Shown here one piece after another: positions 63,094 to 64,000 of a DNA stretch of 64,000 nucleotides. The notes beneath the pieces are model-generated. The model did no database searches. It saw only the letters and a program-made list of their open reading frames with translations, and was not told the origin of the DNA. The position numbers and the translations under genes are program-made. This DNA comes from Antedon mediterranea (Eukaryota; Animalia; Echinodermata). Location: contig NC_092679.1 of the NCBI RefSeq assembly GCF_964355755.1, positions 13,437,432 to 13,501,431 on the forward strand, read 5' to 3'. How positions within the stretch are numbered: position 1 is the first letter of the stretch; every line of letters begins with the position of its first letter.

Positions 63094-64000
63094 ACTTTAA
63101 ATTAAATTAAAGGTGATAAGAATATCTTGTATCTGATGAGGTAATTGATTGTGTCAGCTTGCTGAGAAGATGGTATTCATAGAATGTGCCATTTACAATT
63201 TCATTAATTGATTAATGATCTCTGGAATTTAAAGAAAAACAAAACACACCACAATCATACAAAGTATTACTTAAGAAAAACATAAAGTTTATGATTCTAA
63301 GTAACAAATATAATTGGTAATATTATACAGGGGTTTGTCTAAACAGAAAATTAGATAATAATCTGATTAAAAGTTACCTGATGTCAAAATATATATATCA
63401 CCGTCACAAAACCTTGAATATTTATACATAATAATAAAATAAATATTAGTAAATTTGTTTATCAATAAATTTAGGCATATTGAACTATTTTACTTATTAT
63501 TATTATTTTTACATTAATTTTAAAATTTTGTTTAGCAATTGCTAATCATTTTTGTATAGAACATACTTTTTTTTATTGAATGTTTTGTTATAAAATTCTA
63601 TAGCTTTTTCCTTTGCCACACTGGCAAAATTATTCCCTAAGGCTGTGTTTATACAACTCCCTAAAGTTGAATCAGTCTTTAATTTTTAGCGTGTTGCACA
63701 GGCCGAGGTCAACCCCACAAAAACCTTGCAGTTATACATGAAATCGTAATACCGTGTTATACCGTAGTTCATAATCCTAAGTTGTACAATATACTTGCAT
63801 GCATTATGAATTAATATGAGTTTATATTAAGAATTTTAATAAAGGATGATTTCGTTTAAAATTTAGTTTATTCAATTATTGATTTTTTAAATCTGCTTTT
63901 GAAATTAGAAAAAAAATGTTTTAGAATTAGGATAAAACTATGCTACATTTTGCCAAATTATGCTAACATTTGATTAGCGTTAATTTTAAGTGCTAAATCA

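Overview
AT-rich, intron-rich animal genomic DNA. It looks like a marine invertebrate and is plausibly echinoderm-like, but that is inference. Spliced gene models were built by hand from GT-AG sites and phase continuity. They are: the last two exons of a hydroxyacid oxidase (HAO1-like, +); a complete 4-exon SLIRP (+, 103 aa); a complete 18-exon K+-dependent Na+/Ca2+ exchanger (SLC24A3/4-like, -, 606 aa); a 2-coding-exon LRAT/PLAAT-family gene (-, about 133 aa, His-His-Cys triad intact); and an unidentified small spliced ORF near the right end (-). Introns and intergenic DNA hold a decayed Gypsy LTR element, CR1/L2- and RTE-type LINE fragments, a tRNA-derived SINE, two Helentron-type non-autonomous (HINE/DINE-1-like) families, many MITEs and minisatellites. 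Five observations stand out: (i) a HINE that appears to have captured a tRNA-Val(AAC) gene dimer; (ii) a minimal Penelope-type hammerhead ribozyme directly after the PLAAT poly(A) signal on the same strand; (iii) a core-mutated hammerhead inside a 210-bp inverted repeat on the sense strand of an SLC24 intron; (iv) an L2 LINE 3' UTR built of conserved ~53-nt structured modules separated by unique spacers; (v) a candidate 93-aa orphan microprotein. Most ORFs in the supplied track are spurious.
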